Shown: piece by piece, positions 49,070 to 59,283 of the stretch
Layout of the letters: each line of letters starts with the position of its first letter
Numbering within the stretch: the first letter of the stretch is position 1
Source of the DNA: Candidatus Omnitrophota bacterium
GTDB lineage: Bacteria > Omnitrophota > Gorgyraeia > 2-01-FULL-45-10
DNA length: 64,000 nucleotides
Assembly (NCBI GenBank): GCA_030695905.1
Contig: JAUYOL010000043.1
Location: 128,998-192,997 of the forward strand
Direction: 5' to 3'
The notes under the pieces: model-generated
Told to the model about the DNA's origin: nothing
Database searches by the model: none
What the model saw: the letters and a program-made list of their open reading frames with translations, nothing else
Position numbers and translations under genes: made by a program

Positions 49070-50404
49070 CTATTTTAGGTTTCTCAAATAATTCGGTAAC
49101 CCGGATGCCTCACGCGGCCCCACCGATATCTTCCAGCCGGTTACCTCTTCTAATTTTCCGCTCATAACCGAAACATACCCCGGAATGATAAGGCGCTTAT
49201 GAGAGACTATCTTTTCAACTCCGGCCTTCTTCATCGTTTCATCTATTTTTTCCGGAGTAAATTTTTCGGCGGCCCACGCGGTAAGTACAGACATACCCTC
49301 CGAATCGCAGCAAAGTATATATGAAGGGACCTTGCTCGACTCAACTTCGCCCGCGACAGTAAAGTACGTTATGGAGAAATTGGTGGTTATAAGGACAGGT
49401 GAAGAAGGGCTGACTTTACCTATCTCGTAAATTTTGGGCTCTACCTGCACCGGTTTCTGCGGATCAGAGTAAATATCCTGGCGCGCGACCAAAAGCGGCA
49501 GAACAAACTCTTTATCCGTATTTTTTATTATCACAAGTCCGGCGTATTTAGCTACATATGAAATCGCCTCGGCCAATTCCGCATGGGGCTTGGCTTCAGA
49601 GGTAAGTGCCATCAAAGGATACCCAAGCGGCCTGAAATTTTTCTTTAATGCCGCTCTTCTTATAAATGTAAAGTTCTGTATCAGGCCGCCTTGAGCTTTG
49701 CCCTTTAGGCTTATCACAATCTCTTCGACTCCGCCCTGCTTTACCTTATCCGCGATGCTCGCCGCTTCATCAATATCTTTGCATGTAATGGCAAGCGGCG
49801 TCTTGTATTCTTTAGCTAAAGCTATGAAGGCATCTATATTGCCGGAGCCGTCCCAGATTATAAGAGGCCTCCTATCCTTACATATCTTCAACGCTTCCGC
49901 CATGGCATCGGCGCTGCCGCTATAAAGCGCTATATTTAATCCTGTCGAACCCGCTACTTTACTGACAAGTCCAATAAACGCGTCTTTACTGCCGGATGTA
50001 TTCTTCAGGCAAACAAGACTTACGGATATATTCTGTCCGGCACGCTCAAATGACAAAGCGTTTATAGCAGAAACTTTCTTAGAAATCTCTTCGTCATTTA
50101 ACGAATCTTCTATGAGTATACCGATGCCTGTGGGATGGAAAAATTTCTGCTCATGCCTATACATAACGGTCTCATTGCCCATCTCCAGCTTCTTATCGCC
50201 GGTGCCTACCGTGACGAGCTTTATAGGCGGCTGGCTGGCGCTCTCTAACGCTGACTTCGCCTGCGCGGTAACATGGGGGCACTTATCGAGCGACACCTTC
50301 TTCTGGGCAAGCGCCATCGCAAAGGCAAGACACGTAGCGAAACCGCATTCCTTGCAGTTTGTCTTCGGGAGTAACTTATAAATATCTAATCCTGTTAACG
50401 CCAT
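49070..50404 (-). CDS. acsC: Corrinoid iron-sulfur protein large subunit AcsC (CdhE homolog)
   Basis: N-terminal 4Fe-4S binding CKECGFATC...C followed by a TIM barrel and a B12-binding domain. Confidence 0.85.
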   Translation of the reverse strand: MALTGLDIYKLLPKTNCKECGFATCLAFAMALAQKKVSLDKCPHVTAQAKSALESASQPPIKLVTVGTGDKKLEMGNETVMYRHEQKFFHPTGIGILIEDSLNDEEISKKVSAINALSFERAGQNISVSLVCLKNTSGSKDAFIGLVSKVAGSTGLNIALYSGSADAMAEALKICKDRRPLIIWDGSGNIDAFIALAKEYKTPLAITCKDIDEAASIADKVKQGGVEEIVISLKGKAQGGLIQNFTFIRRAALKKNFRPLGYPLMALTSEAKPHAELAEAISYVAKYAGLVIIKNTDKEFVLPLLVARQDIYSDPQKPVQVEPKIYEIGKVSPSSPVLITTNFSITYFTVAGEVESSKVPSYILCCDSEGMSVLTAWAAEKFTPEKIDETMKKAGVEKIVSHKRLIIPGYVSVMSGKLEEVTGWKISVGPREASGLPNYLRNLK

Positions 50405-50417
50405 TTTAATCCCTTTC

Positions 50418-51614
50418 TTACATTCTTAATATGAATTTTTCCCAGCTGCCTATTAAATTACCTGTTATAGTATCGTAAAATACCGTATTCCTGACATAAA
50501 AGCTGTAGAAGATGTAGAAATCCAAACACACTATCAATAAAATCGGGGCGCTGACTATTAATGCCCTTTTAGCTTTTGATTTTGACGCCAAGCCATATAC
50601 CGTGATGGCCGTAAATACCCTTATCGGAAAATCGAGCGCTATCACATACCGCGCATTCTTTATGTATAAGCTGTTCGCGAGATAATATACTATGAAAAAT
50701 AGCACCAGATATGAGCATGGCTCCGTCCAGAGGTTCTTATCTCTAAAATACCAGATAAAGAATGCCGCCGCGGCGATAACTGTAAGCGGCGATATGAGAA
50801 AAAAATCCAGCCCGTAGCGCGTTATTGGACCCGTTAAATACATTCTGGCCCATTTGTTGGTCAATGGCGACGTTATTATGATTTCAATAAGCCTTGCCAG
50901 ATTGGCTAAACTTCCCGTAACGATAAGCCATGACATAACAACAGCCGCTAAGGATAAAATAAGATATACCAATAATGAAAATCTTCTCTTCCAGAAAATA
51001 ACAATGAGAAAGAACGGCACGATCAGCAGATTCGACTCTTTTACCATAATTGCCGAGAATAGCGACAACGCAAACGCTATCCTTAACGCTATATTATCTT
51101 TCTTAAGCGCTTCGTAAAAGATCCATAACGTCAATATGATGAAGAAATACAGCATGCTTTCAGGCTGCGCCCTTCTTGAAAAAGCAAGATTCATAGGAGA
51201 GAAAGCAAGCAATGAAAGACTGATCAGCGCTATCTTTTCATCAAAGAGCCTTTTTGTAAAAAAATATCCGACAAAAAGCGACATAATACTGAAAAACGCC
51301 GACATATAAGAAAGAGCCTGGTAATTAAACTGCGCTATAAGCCGCATCCAATAACTGGCGATAACAATATAACCTGCCCGTAATGGGCTTGGGAATATAT
51401 GAAAAAAATCGCCGTTAATATAATCTACCACCAGCGCCTGTATAGACGCATCCTTAGCTACCGCCATATAGGACGCGTATTTCAGGTAAAACTTTTCGTC
51501 CGGCACAGAGCCTGAATAGTCTATGTCTTTCAGAAACGCTATTCTTAAAAATATCCCTACCGCAAAAACAAGGATTACAAGCAGGATAAAATATTTTCTC
51601 GACCCTTGTTCCAT
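50418..51614 (-). CDS. GT-C fold membrane glycosyltransferase (family 39/PMT_2, ArnT-like), embedded between acsB and acsC
   Basis: 398 aa with at least 10 TM segments and the periplasmic-loop DE motif (SVPDEKFYLKY) typical of ArnT/PMT-type GT-C enzymes. Confidence 0.6.
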   Translation of the reverse strand: MEQGSRKYFILLVILVFAVGIFLRIAFLKDIDYSGSVPDEKFYLKYASYMAVAKDASIQALVVDYINGDFFHIFPSPLRAGYIVIASYWMRLIAQFNYQALSYMSAFFSIMSLFVGYFFTKRLFDEKIALISLSLLAFSPMNLAFSRRAQPESMLYFFIILTLWIFYEALKKDNIALRIAFALSLFSAIMVKESNLLIVPFFLIVIFWKRRFSLLVYLILSLAAVVMSWLIVTGSLANLARLIEIIITSPLTNKWARMYLTGPITRYGLDFFLISPLTVIAAAAFFIWYFRDKNLWTEPCSYLVLFFIVYYLANSLYIKNARYVIALDFPIRVFTAITVYGLASKSKAKRALIVSAPILLIVCLDFYIFYSFYVRNTVFYDTITGNLIGSWEKFILRM

Positions 51615-51627
51615 GAGCCTTGTCCTT

Positions 51628-53805
51628 TTACATCATTGAAGGCATTGTAAGAGCAGGGTGCCCGACTTTTTCCATGAACTGTACAAGATTTACCACATCG
51701 GTCGCCACGGTCTCATCGGCGATCTTGTTTAAAAAGTCGGGGTCGCCTATCTCTTCGCAACGTTTCTTTAATTTATCGCCTAATGCTTCCTTTAATTCCT
51801 TAGGCATCCATACGATACGCTTTAACCCGCCTTCGGCTAAAATAAATTTTTTACTGGTTATATACAAACGTCCTACCCCTAAAAATCCGGGCGTTTGATT
51901 TCCCCCGCCTACGGAGCTTGCCAGCGTAGTAAACTTCATCCCTGCCGGTGTTTCGCCGGCGTATTCTCTATTCACAATCATTACACCGTTAGCTTCCGGC
52001 ACTATTGCCACTATGCACTCAAAGCATCCGCATGATGTCATTGGTGATTCCATGATCGAATATGTGGACATCTGGCTTACATGCTGGTGGGACGCATTGT
52101 GAACAAAAGTGTTTATTCCTTCCCAGATACCTTTTACAGCATCAATAGCGTTACCCTTCTTTATAGGCTGATTACCACCCGTCGGCGTGATTTCGTGCGC
52201 TGCCTTGGCATCGAGCCATGAGTAGGCGCCGCAAAGTCCGAGCCTCTCAGGGCTCACGACGCAGATATGATCAGGCGCAAAGCTTTGACAAAGCGCGCAG
52301 CTATAGAAGGTATCTACTGATTCATCAGTCATGCCCGCAAGACGCGCGTCGCGCGCTTCATAGGTTTTGCGAGCTTCAGGCAAAATATTATTTACCCCTT
52401 TTTCATCCGTAATAAGTTTAACCTGAACTTTGTCTATAATCGCTCCATATTCGTCATGGAATTTTGTAATCAGCAGATCGCCGAAATGGCGGATCTTAAA
52501 TCCTGCATTCTTGGCGTCCTTGGAGATCCTTACCCAGTTCATGTCACGCTGGCCCATATGAAATATGCCCATCGCGTAATTCAGGAACTTATGTATTTGA
52601 CGCTCCAGTATGGGTTCAAAATCCTGTATCATCTTACGTCCGGCTACTTCTATCAGTATACCGAGGGGCGCAGACGATCCCTCCGCCATTTTATCGATCT
52701 CAGGCCCTATAACCTCTATGCGGCCATTCTCTATCTCTTCAGGCTTTCCCATCTTCAAATACTCAAAGGCCGGCGAGTATTTACCGCCGAACTGAACGAA
52801 CATATTCTCTTTTCTGACGCGCTCGCCCTCAAAGGCCGCTGAACACGGGACAGGTATCGGCACTTTTGTAACTTTTATCTTGATCCCCCTTACCTCGATG
52901 CAGCGCTGCACTATTTTCTTGTGATCCAGTTCTTTCACCAAAGCCTCATACGTCGTAATACCGGATGGTTTTATCTCAGGTATATCTGTATCAGCTATGA
53001 TCGGAAAGCCCATGTTTATAGCGCCGGCGCCCGTAGCATATTTTATGTCGTCAAGCTCACCAAGAACGAGGCCGAACGCGAATACTCTCTCTTTCGTGTA
53101 CATGAGGCATTTCGACGCGTCTCCGGACTTAATTCCACCAAATGTCAACGCCGCCCTTATCGCCCAGTTGAGGGCGTAGATACCGGATATGGTATCTCTG
53201 CCGTAAGGAACGATATAATTTTCCCAGCCCATCTGTATCTTCTCTTCTATCAGTTGGTCTATGATGGAACGCCCCTTGACCGATGAGCCGACAAATATCA
53301 ATATGCTTCTTTCCTGGAGCTGCCGGATTATATCGACGGCTGTTTTATTGTCCGGCGCCGCGCCCAGAACCGCCGCGAAACCGGCCATTCGGCCGTCGAC
53401 CAATTGTATCCCAAGCGTGCGCAGGATCGTATCCGAAAAGAAGCCATTACAATCTTTTTGAGGCTCCTTGTTATATAAATAGCGTAATGCGACGATAATC
53501 TCTTCATTAAACAACGTTGCCATGCCGGCATTAAGCGCATCACCCAAATAAGGCAGCCACACTTTCTCCGAAGGCATTTCAGGAAGAAGAGACTTGGCGT
53601 GTTCGAGTATCGGCACCATATCCTTCAACGTCTCAACCTTCGCGCCTAAAAGGGCATTCGCCATAGGCAGATAAAATGCTGTATCCGGGAAATTGACCTT
53701 CTCGGATGTCCCCTTCTCCTTTATCGCTTTATCTAAAAATTCGGACGCCTGTTTATATATCTCACGAGCACCGCGAATTACAGATTCTGCAACAACTTTA
53801 GACAT
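51628..53805 (-). CDS. acsB: Acetyl-CoA synthase (CODH/ACS alpha subunit) AcsB
   Basis: 725 aa with the A-cluster Cys-Gly-Cys motif (SCGCFECIV) and ACS signature sequences. Confidence 0.9.
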   Translation of the reverse strand: MSKVVAESVIRGAREIYKQASEFLDKAIKEKGTSEKVNFPDTAFYLPMANALLGAKVETLKDMVPILEHAKSLLPEMPSEKVWLPYLGDALNAGMATLFNEEIIVALRYLYNKEPQKDCNGFFSDTILRTLGIQLVDGRMAGFAAVLGAAPDNKTAVDIIRQLQERSILIFVGSSVKGRSIIDQLIEEKIQMGWENYIVPYGRDTISGIYALNWAIRAALTFGGIKSGDASKCLMYTKERVFAFGLVLGELDDIKYATGAGAINMGFPIIADTDIPEIKPSGITTYEALVKELDHKKIVQRCIEVRGIKIKVTKVPIPVPCSAAFEGERVRKENMFVQFGGKYSPAFEYLKMGKPEEIENGRIEVIGPEIDKMAEGSSAPLGILIEVAGRKMIQDFEPILERQIHKFLNYAMGIFHMGQRDMNWVRISKDAKNAGFKIRHFGDLLITKFHDEYGAIIDKVQVKLITDEKGVNNILPEARKTYEARDARLAGMTDESVDTFYSCALCQSFAPDHICVVSPERLGLCGAYSWLDAKAAHEITPTGGNQPIKKGNAIDAVKGIWEGINTFVHNASHQHVSQMSTYSIMESPMTSCGCFECIVAIVPEANGVMIVNREYAGETPAGMKFTTLASSVGGGNQTPGFLGVGRLYITSKKFILAEGGLKRIVWMPKELKEALGDKLKKRCEEIGDPDFLNKIADETVATDVVNLVQFMEKVGHPALTMPSMM

Positions 53806-55066
53806 ACATATTCTCCTTATCTTTACCTTTAATATGTTCTATAATATCAGGATAGCCGAAGCTCTCCTCTGTCAGTCTATCCCTGAACGGTACAATGTCT
53901 ATCCCGTCTTTTATTAATCTTAAAAATATACCGCCATTAGCCACCTTTCCAGCCAGTACTACCCCAACCAGGCGGTTATTTTTAATAACAAATTTTTTAT
54001 ACGTCCCGGCTTTTGCATTCTTTAATTTTATCTCTTCGAACCCCTGTCCATCCTTTACCTTAAATATTCCAAAAGACATCGTCGGCAACCCGAAAAACTC
54101 CAGAGAATTCATCCCAAGCGAACCTTCATATTTAACCTTTTCTCCCGCCATATTCGCGCCTGCAACTCTTCCCTGCCATACGGCAATAGGCCAGAGCGCG
54201 TTCACACACCCCGCCTTCAGAGTAATATCATAAGCCTCGCATACATCTCCAGCCGCATAGATATTGGGAACTGCTGTGCGCAACGTGTTATCTGCTATTA
54301 TACCTTCGTTCACTTTAATGTCTGTTCCGCTTACCATATCAATATTAGGCGCAACTCCTTTACTGACTATCAGTATTGAAGCCTCTATTGTCTTGCCGGA
54401 ATCTAACTTTAACGCCTTAATATTGTCTTCACCAACTACCTCAGCCACATCGTGGCCGAAGATAAGTTCGACACCGTTTGATTCCAGCTTATTCTGGACA
54501 AGCTGGGCAGCCTCCCGGTCGAGCACCTGCGATAAAACCTGCCCGGATTTGACTATGACCTTTACTTTGAGGCCTCTCTTCTTCAAGGCATAAGCAGCCT
54601 TCAGCCCGACCAGGCCCCCGCCGGAAATACAGGCTGGCTTGCTCGCCGCGACAAGCGTATTAAGTTCTTTAGCATCCCGGATCGTCCTGAATCCATAAAC
54701 GCCTTTTTTGTCTATGCCTTTTATCTCCGGCATCTTGGGCGAAGAGCCTGTAGCAATAAGGAGGCTGTCGAATTCATGTTTCGTCTTGTCCTCAAAGTAG
54801 ACCGCGTTCTTCTTCGGTTCAACGCGCGTGATCTTTTTATTCAGGATTAGTTCAATATTATTCTCTTTATAAAAACTGTCTGCCCTGTATAATATTTCTT
54901 TCTCCTTAATGTCCCCGGCGAGATAGTACGAAATGAGACAGCGACAATAAGACGGGTAATCTTCATCCGAAATCATAGCTATCCGTGACTCTTTATCTTT
55001 CTTACGGATAGCTTCCGCCGCCGATATGCCCGCTGCTGAATTCCCTATAATAATATAGCGCTTCAT
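53798..55066 (-). CDS. FAD/NAD(P)-dependent pyridine nucleotide-disulfide oxidoreductase (CooS/CooF-associated)
   Basis: GxGxxG Rossmann folds (IIGNSAAG, GGGLVG) in the cooS-cooF-oxidoreductase arrangement common in acetogens. Confidence 0.7.
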   Translation of the reverse strand: MKRYIIIGNSAAGISAAEAIRKKDKESRIAMISDEDYPSYCRCLISYYLAGDIKEKEILYRADSFYKENNIELILNKKITRVEPKKNAVYFEDKTKHEFDSLLIATGSSPKMPEIKGIDKKGVYGFRTIRDAKELNTLVAASKPACISGGGLVGLKAAYALKKRGLKVKVIVKSGQVLSQVLDREAAQLVQNKLESNGVELIFGHDVAEVVGEDNIKALKLDSGKTIEASILIVSKGVAPNIDMVSGTDIKVNEGIIADNTLRTAVPNIYAAGDVCEAYDITLKAGCVNALWPIAVWQGRVAGANMAGEKVKYEGSLGMNSLEFFGLPTMSFGIFKVKDGQGFEEIKLKNAKAGTYKKFVIKNNRLVGVVLAGKVANGGIFLRLIKDGIDIVPFRDRLTEESFGYPDIIEHIKGKDKENMYV

Positions 55067-55506
55067 TTAAACACCTCTTCCTGCCATATAACTGCGCCTG
55101 TAGGGCATGCTTTTACACAAGCCGGTTCGTCTTTATCGGCACATTTATCGCAGCGCACCGGCATCTTCTTTTTTAAATTGGGGCGGACAGCGCCGTATGG
55201 GCATACCATGACGCACATCCAGCAGCCGACACAGCGCTTCTCATCGTGCAGGACCATCCCCTTCGTCTTATCAAAGATAAGCGCTGAGGCCATGCAGGCG
55301 TCAACACATTTTGCGTCCTTGCAATGCCTGCATGAAACAGGATAATTTTTCCCGCGCGAACATAGCACTTTTTTTCGCGGCAGAGAGGGCATCTCTTCTT
55401 TTATTGCCTTAAAGAGATCCCCGCTCGCTGAATGAGCCACCGCGCAGGCAATCTCGCAGGACTTGCACCCTAAACATTTTTTTACTCCATAATATAACGT
55501 CTTCAC
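55063..55506 (-). CDS. cooF: 4Fe-4S ferredoxin-type electron transfer protein CooF
   Basis: Multiple CxxCxxCxxxCP clusters (CLGCKSCEIAC..., CVGCWMCVMVCP). Confidence 0.85.
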   Translation of the reverse strand: MKTLYYGVKKCLGCKSCEIACAVAHSASGDLFKAIKEEMPSLPRKKVLCSRGKNYPVSCRHCKDAKCVDACMASALIFDKTKGMVLHDEKRCVGCWMCVMVCPYGAVRPNLKKKMPVRCDKCADKDEPACVKACPTGAVIWQEEVFK

Positions 55507-57446
55507 TTTTGGTACATCCAGGGTTTAAGATTAAGCGCTTTACGCTTCTTGTCTATGTGAGCTATCATCAGGTCGGCCATCTTTATTGGGTCATCGCAGA
55601 ACTCAAACCTTCCTCCGACGGCACTCTCAATACCCTTCGTCAGATACTCCGTCAGATTAGCGCTTCCCAGAGTGGCAAAAGGAAGTGAGCCAAATACGGT
55701 GTATACTCCCGAGGCGACAAAATAAAAACCGATCGTTATCGCTTTCTCTGACATCCATTCGGGCGCGCAGCCTGCGGCCGGTATATCCGACAAATCCTGG
55801 CCCAGTCCGCCTTCCTCTATAATATGAGACGCGGCTGTCAGTATACGTGAATTATCGACACATGCGCCCATGTGCAGTACCGGCGGTATGCCGACCGCCT
55901 CGCATATCTCCTGCAATCCCTTGCCGGCATAAGTCTTGGCCGCTTCCGGCACCAGCAACCCCTGTTTCGCGCAGGCTATCGCGGCGCATCCGGTCTGAAG
56001 TACCAGCACATCGTTCTTTATTAATTCCTTCACAAGCGTCGTATGATAATAATCGTGAGTCTGCTTCGGGTTGTTGCATCCTACCACGCCGGCCAATCCC
56101 CTAAGGCGTCCGGATATGATAGCCTCATTCAAAGGCTTATATGTTGAACGATATTTGCCTCCCAATATCTGGAAAACTATCTCTTTCGTAAAACCTGCCA
56201 CCAGATCCATCTCGTGTTTTGGGATGTTGACCCTTCCCTTATTTCTATTGGAAAAATTTTCCACGCCTATCCTTACTATCTGCTTGGCCACATCATAAGC
56301 ATTGTCAGGGGTAAATTCTATATGTTGTACGCCGGGGAAACGGGCCTTCGTGCTTGTCGTAATGAGTTTCGTATGAAAACAACTCGCTACCTCATGGAGG
56401 GCCGGCATTATACATTGGACATCTACCATCATAACTTCCACCGCGCCGGTTATTATGGCCAACTCCTGCTGAAGAAAATTACCCGCGACCGGAATACCGT
56501 TACGCATCAGGACTTCGTTAGCGCTGCAGCAGATACCGGCAAGATTGATACCTTCGGCGCCTTTTACCTTAGCAAGCTTTACCAATTCAGGATCTTTGCA
56601 GGCCTTGACCGCCATATCCGACAGGACTGGTTCATGGCCATGCACTACGATGTTGACAAAACCTTCCCTCAGAACTCCGAGATTCACTTTTCCCCTTACA
56701 GGCATCGGACTGCCAAGAATGGCATCCTGAACTTCGGTCGCGATCATCGATCCGCCCCAACCGTCCGAAAGCGCACATCGCATACCGTTTTTTATCATAT
56801 TCTTATAATCGTTGTCCACGCCCATAGTTGTGGTATGTAAAAGCTCTACGACTTCCCTGTCTATACCGCGCGGTGTAATGCCAAGATCCTTCCATATCTT
56901 CTGCCGTTTTTTAGGGGCCCTTTTGCAAAATACCAGTTCGCCATCCTGTTTCCCGAACTCTTCGAGGAGTTTTTTGGAAAGTTCTCTGGTAATATCGGAT
57001 ATCGGCTTTGAGCTGTCGATGCCAAATTCTTCCGCAAGCTTCTTAAATTTATCGACGTCGAGTATTTCGTAATTGTGTGTATGAGAATCCTTGCCATGCC
57101 CATGCTCATGCATGCGAACGTCCGAGATAAGCGATAACATATGCGCGACATCCCTGCCGTGATCGGAATGAGCGGACGCGCCAACCGCTATTTTCCTGAC
57201 AAGGTTTCTCGCCGCTATGGTATCGGCGTTTGCGCCGCACACACCGGTGTTAGCGCCCTCTCCAAACGGATCTATGCGGCACGGTCCCATGTTACAGACT
57301 GTGCAGCATGCTCCGAGTTGACCAAAACCGCATTGAGGTTGCTGTTCTCCAAGCCTATCCCAAACAGTCTCGATGCTCTCACATCTTGCCTTTTCAAGCA
57401 TCTCCTGCGTAGCTAAATCTATGGATTTTTTCTTCACATCTGACAT
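55503..57446 (-). CDS. cooS: Anaerobic carbon-monoxide dehydrogenase catalytic subunit CooS/AcsA
   Basis: 647 aa with N-terminal B/D-cluster cysteines (CGFGQLGACCTVCNMGPCRI) and C-cluster ligand regions. Confidence 0.9.
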   Translation of the reverse strand: MSDVKKKSIDLATQEMLEKARCESIETVWDRLGEQQPQCGFGQLGACCTVCNMGPCRIDPFGEGANTGVCGANADTIAARNLVRKIAVGASAHSDHGRDVAHMLSLISDVRMHEHGHGKDSHTHNYEILDVDKFKKLAEEFGIDSSKPISDITRELSKKLLEEFGKQDGELVFCKRAPKKRQKIWKDLGITPRGIDREVVELLHTTTMGVDNDYKNMIKNGMRCALSDGWGGSMIATEVQDAILGSPMPVRGKVNLGVLREGFVNIVVHGHEPVLSDMAVKACKDPELVKLAKVKGAEGINLAGICCSANEVLMRNGIPVAGNFLQQELAIITGAVEVMMVDVQCIMPALHEVASCFHTKLITTSTKARFPGVQHIEFTPDNAYDVAKQIVRIGVENFSNRNKGRVNIPKHEMDLVAGFTKEIVFQILGGKYRSTYKPLNEAIISGRLRGLAGVVGCNNPKQTHDYYHTTLVKELIKNDVLVLQTGCAAIACAKQGLLVPEAAKTYAGKGLQEICEAVGIPPVLHMGACVDNSRILTAASHIIEEGGLGQDLSDIPAAGCAPEWMSEKAITIGFYFVASGVYTVFGSLPFATLGSANLTEYLTKGIESAVGGRFEFCDDPIKMADLMIAHIDKKRKALNLKPWMYQK

Positions 57447-57460
57447 TTATTTTCTCTCCT

Positions 57461-58327
57461 TTACAATCCCGCTGTCTCTAAAACAAGCGGGACCTTCTTA
57501 TCCCAGCCTATCGGCATGATATGTATGCCCTGACACAACGGCTTAAGCTCTCTAATAAGCCGCGCAGCTATCTCTATCGATTTTGCACTCTTATCTTTCG
57601 TCTCTTCCATCTCTTTAATAAGATTGTCGGGCACGAAGACTCCCGCGACATTCTTATTCATATATCTTGCCATTCCCGCGGATTTCAGCAATACTATGCC
57701 GCCCAATATCTTTGTCTTTAAATGCCGCGTGGCGTCCAAGAATCTTTTGAATAACTCCATATCGTAGATAGCCTGCGTCTGGAAAAATAGCGCGCCGGAT
57801 TCTATCTTTTTCTCCATCTTTATGATTTCCGGCTCGAGCGGATCCGCGCCCGGGTTTACTACCGCGCCTACACAGAATTTTGGCGCCCCCTTTAACGCGT
57901 TGCCTTTCATGTCCTTGCCTTCCTGCAAAAGTTTTATCGCGTCCAGAAGCTCAATAGAGCCTAAATCAAATACAGGCTTAGCCTCGGGATGATCGCCGAG
58001 CGTCGGATAATCCCCCGTAAGGGCAAGCACATTTTCTATGCCGAGTATGGCGGCGGATAATAGATCGGACTGTAACGCAAGCCTGTTCCTGTCACGGCAT
58101 GTCATCTGCAATATAGGCTCGATGCCCCTATCCTTTAAAAGATGGCACACCGCAAGCGAACCGACCCTTAATACGGAACTTTGCAGGTCCGTAACATTTA
58201 TTGCGTCGACCTTGCCCTTTATAAGATCCGCATCTTCGAGCATCTCTTTGATATCGGTCCCTTTTGGGGGACCTATCTCGCTTGTAACTAAAAATTTGCC
58301 GGCTTTAATCTTATCGCAGAATGTCAT
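57461..58327 (-). CDS. metF: Methylenetetrahydrofolate reductase MetF (acetogen-type)
   Basis: 288-aa TIM barrel of the MTHFR family. Confidence 0.8.
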   Translation of the reverse strand: MTFCDKIKAGKFLVTSEIGPPKGTDIKEMLEDADLIKGKVDAINVTDLQSSVLRVGSLAVCHLLKDRGIEPILQMTCRDRNRLALQSDLLSAAILGIENVLALTGDYPTLGDHPEAKPVFDLGSIELLDAIKLLQEGKDMKGNALKGAPKFCVGAVVNPGADPLEPEIIKMEKKIESGALFFQTQAIYDMELFKRFLDATRHLKTKILGGIVLLKSAGMARYMNKNVAGVFVPDNLIKEMEETKDKSAKSIEIAARLIRELKPLCQGIHIMPIGWDKKVPLVLETAGL

Positions 58328-58401
58328 CCCGTATTCCTATCCCACCGCCGCGGTGGGAATGTAGCTAACTACACGACACCGCGGCGGTGCAATTCATGAG
58401 T

Positions 58402-59283
58402 TTAAAACATAAAACTATTCTTAAACAATTCAACAGTATTACGCATAAGTATAGTAGTTGTGATCGGCCCTACACCGCCGGGAACAGGCGTGATGAAAGA
58501 CGCTTTTGCTGAAGCGGCCTCAAACTCCACATCGCCGACTATCTTGTCCGCTACTCTATTTATCCCTACGTCTACAACAATAGCGCCTTCTTTTATCCAA
58601 TCACCTTTTATTATACCTGCCCTGCCTACCGCAACGACCAGCACCTCGGCTCTTTTTACATGATCGGCAAGCACGCCTCTTTCGCCGGTGGCTATGTGAC
58701 AAACTGTCGTCGTCGCGAATTTATTTAGTAGCATCATGGCAAGCGGTTTGCCCACAATCTCTGAGTGGCCGACTATAACCGCCTCTTTCCCGTATAGATT
58801 TACTTTTGATGATTCCAATAATTCCATTACAGCCATGGCCGTACACGGGCCTATCCTGTACTGGCCCAGCAATATTTTCCCGAGGTTTTCCGGATGCATG
58901 CCCTCGGCATCTTTTGCGGGCGATATAAGATTAACTATCCTTTTTGCGTCTATACCCTTTGGCACCGGAAGCTGTAATATTATCGCCGATACGGCCGAAT
59001 TACTATTTAACTCTTTAACAATATCTTCCGCTTCGGCCTGTGTAATCGTCGCTGGTAAGACTTTAAGTTCATACTCTATTCCAAGATTTTCCGCCGCCTT
59101 CTTCTGCGCTTTGACATACACGGCGCTCGACGCGTTATCTCCCATCTGCAAAGCAACCAGCTTAGGCGTCTTGCCGCTTTTAGCTTTAAGCGCTTCGACA
59201 TCTGATTTTATCGACGTTCTAAGTCCTTCCGCTATTACTTTACCCTCTAAAAGTGCCGCACTCACCTGATTACCTCCTCGCAT
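58402..59283 (-). CDS. folD: Bifunctional methylene-THF dehydrogenase / methenyl-THF cyclohydrolase
   Basis: 293 aa with FolD motifs (YxxK, PGGVGPIT). Confidence 0.9.
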   Translation of the reverse strand: MRGGNQVSAALLEGKVIAEGLRTSIKSDVEALKAKSGKTPKLVALQMGDNASSAVYVKAQKKAAENLGIEYELKVLPATITQAEAEDIVKELNSNSAVSAIILQLPVPKGIDAKRIVNLISPAKDAEGMHPENLGKILLGQYRIGPCTAMAVMELLESSKVNLYGKEAVIVGHSEIVGKPLAMMLLNKFATTTVCHIATGERGVLADHVKRAEVLVVAVGRAGIIKGDWIKEGAIVVDVGINRVADKIVGDVEFEAASAKASFITPVPGGVGPITTTILMRNTVELFKNSFMF

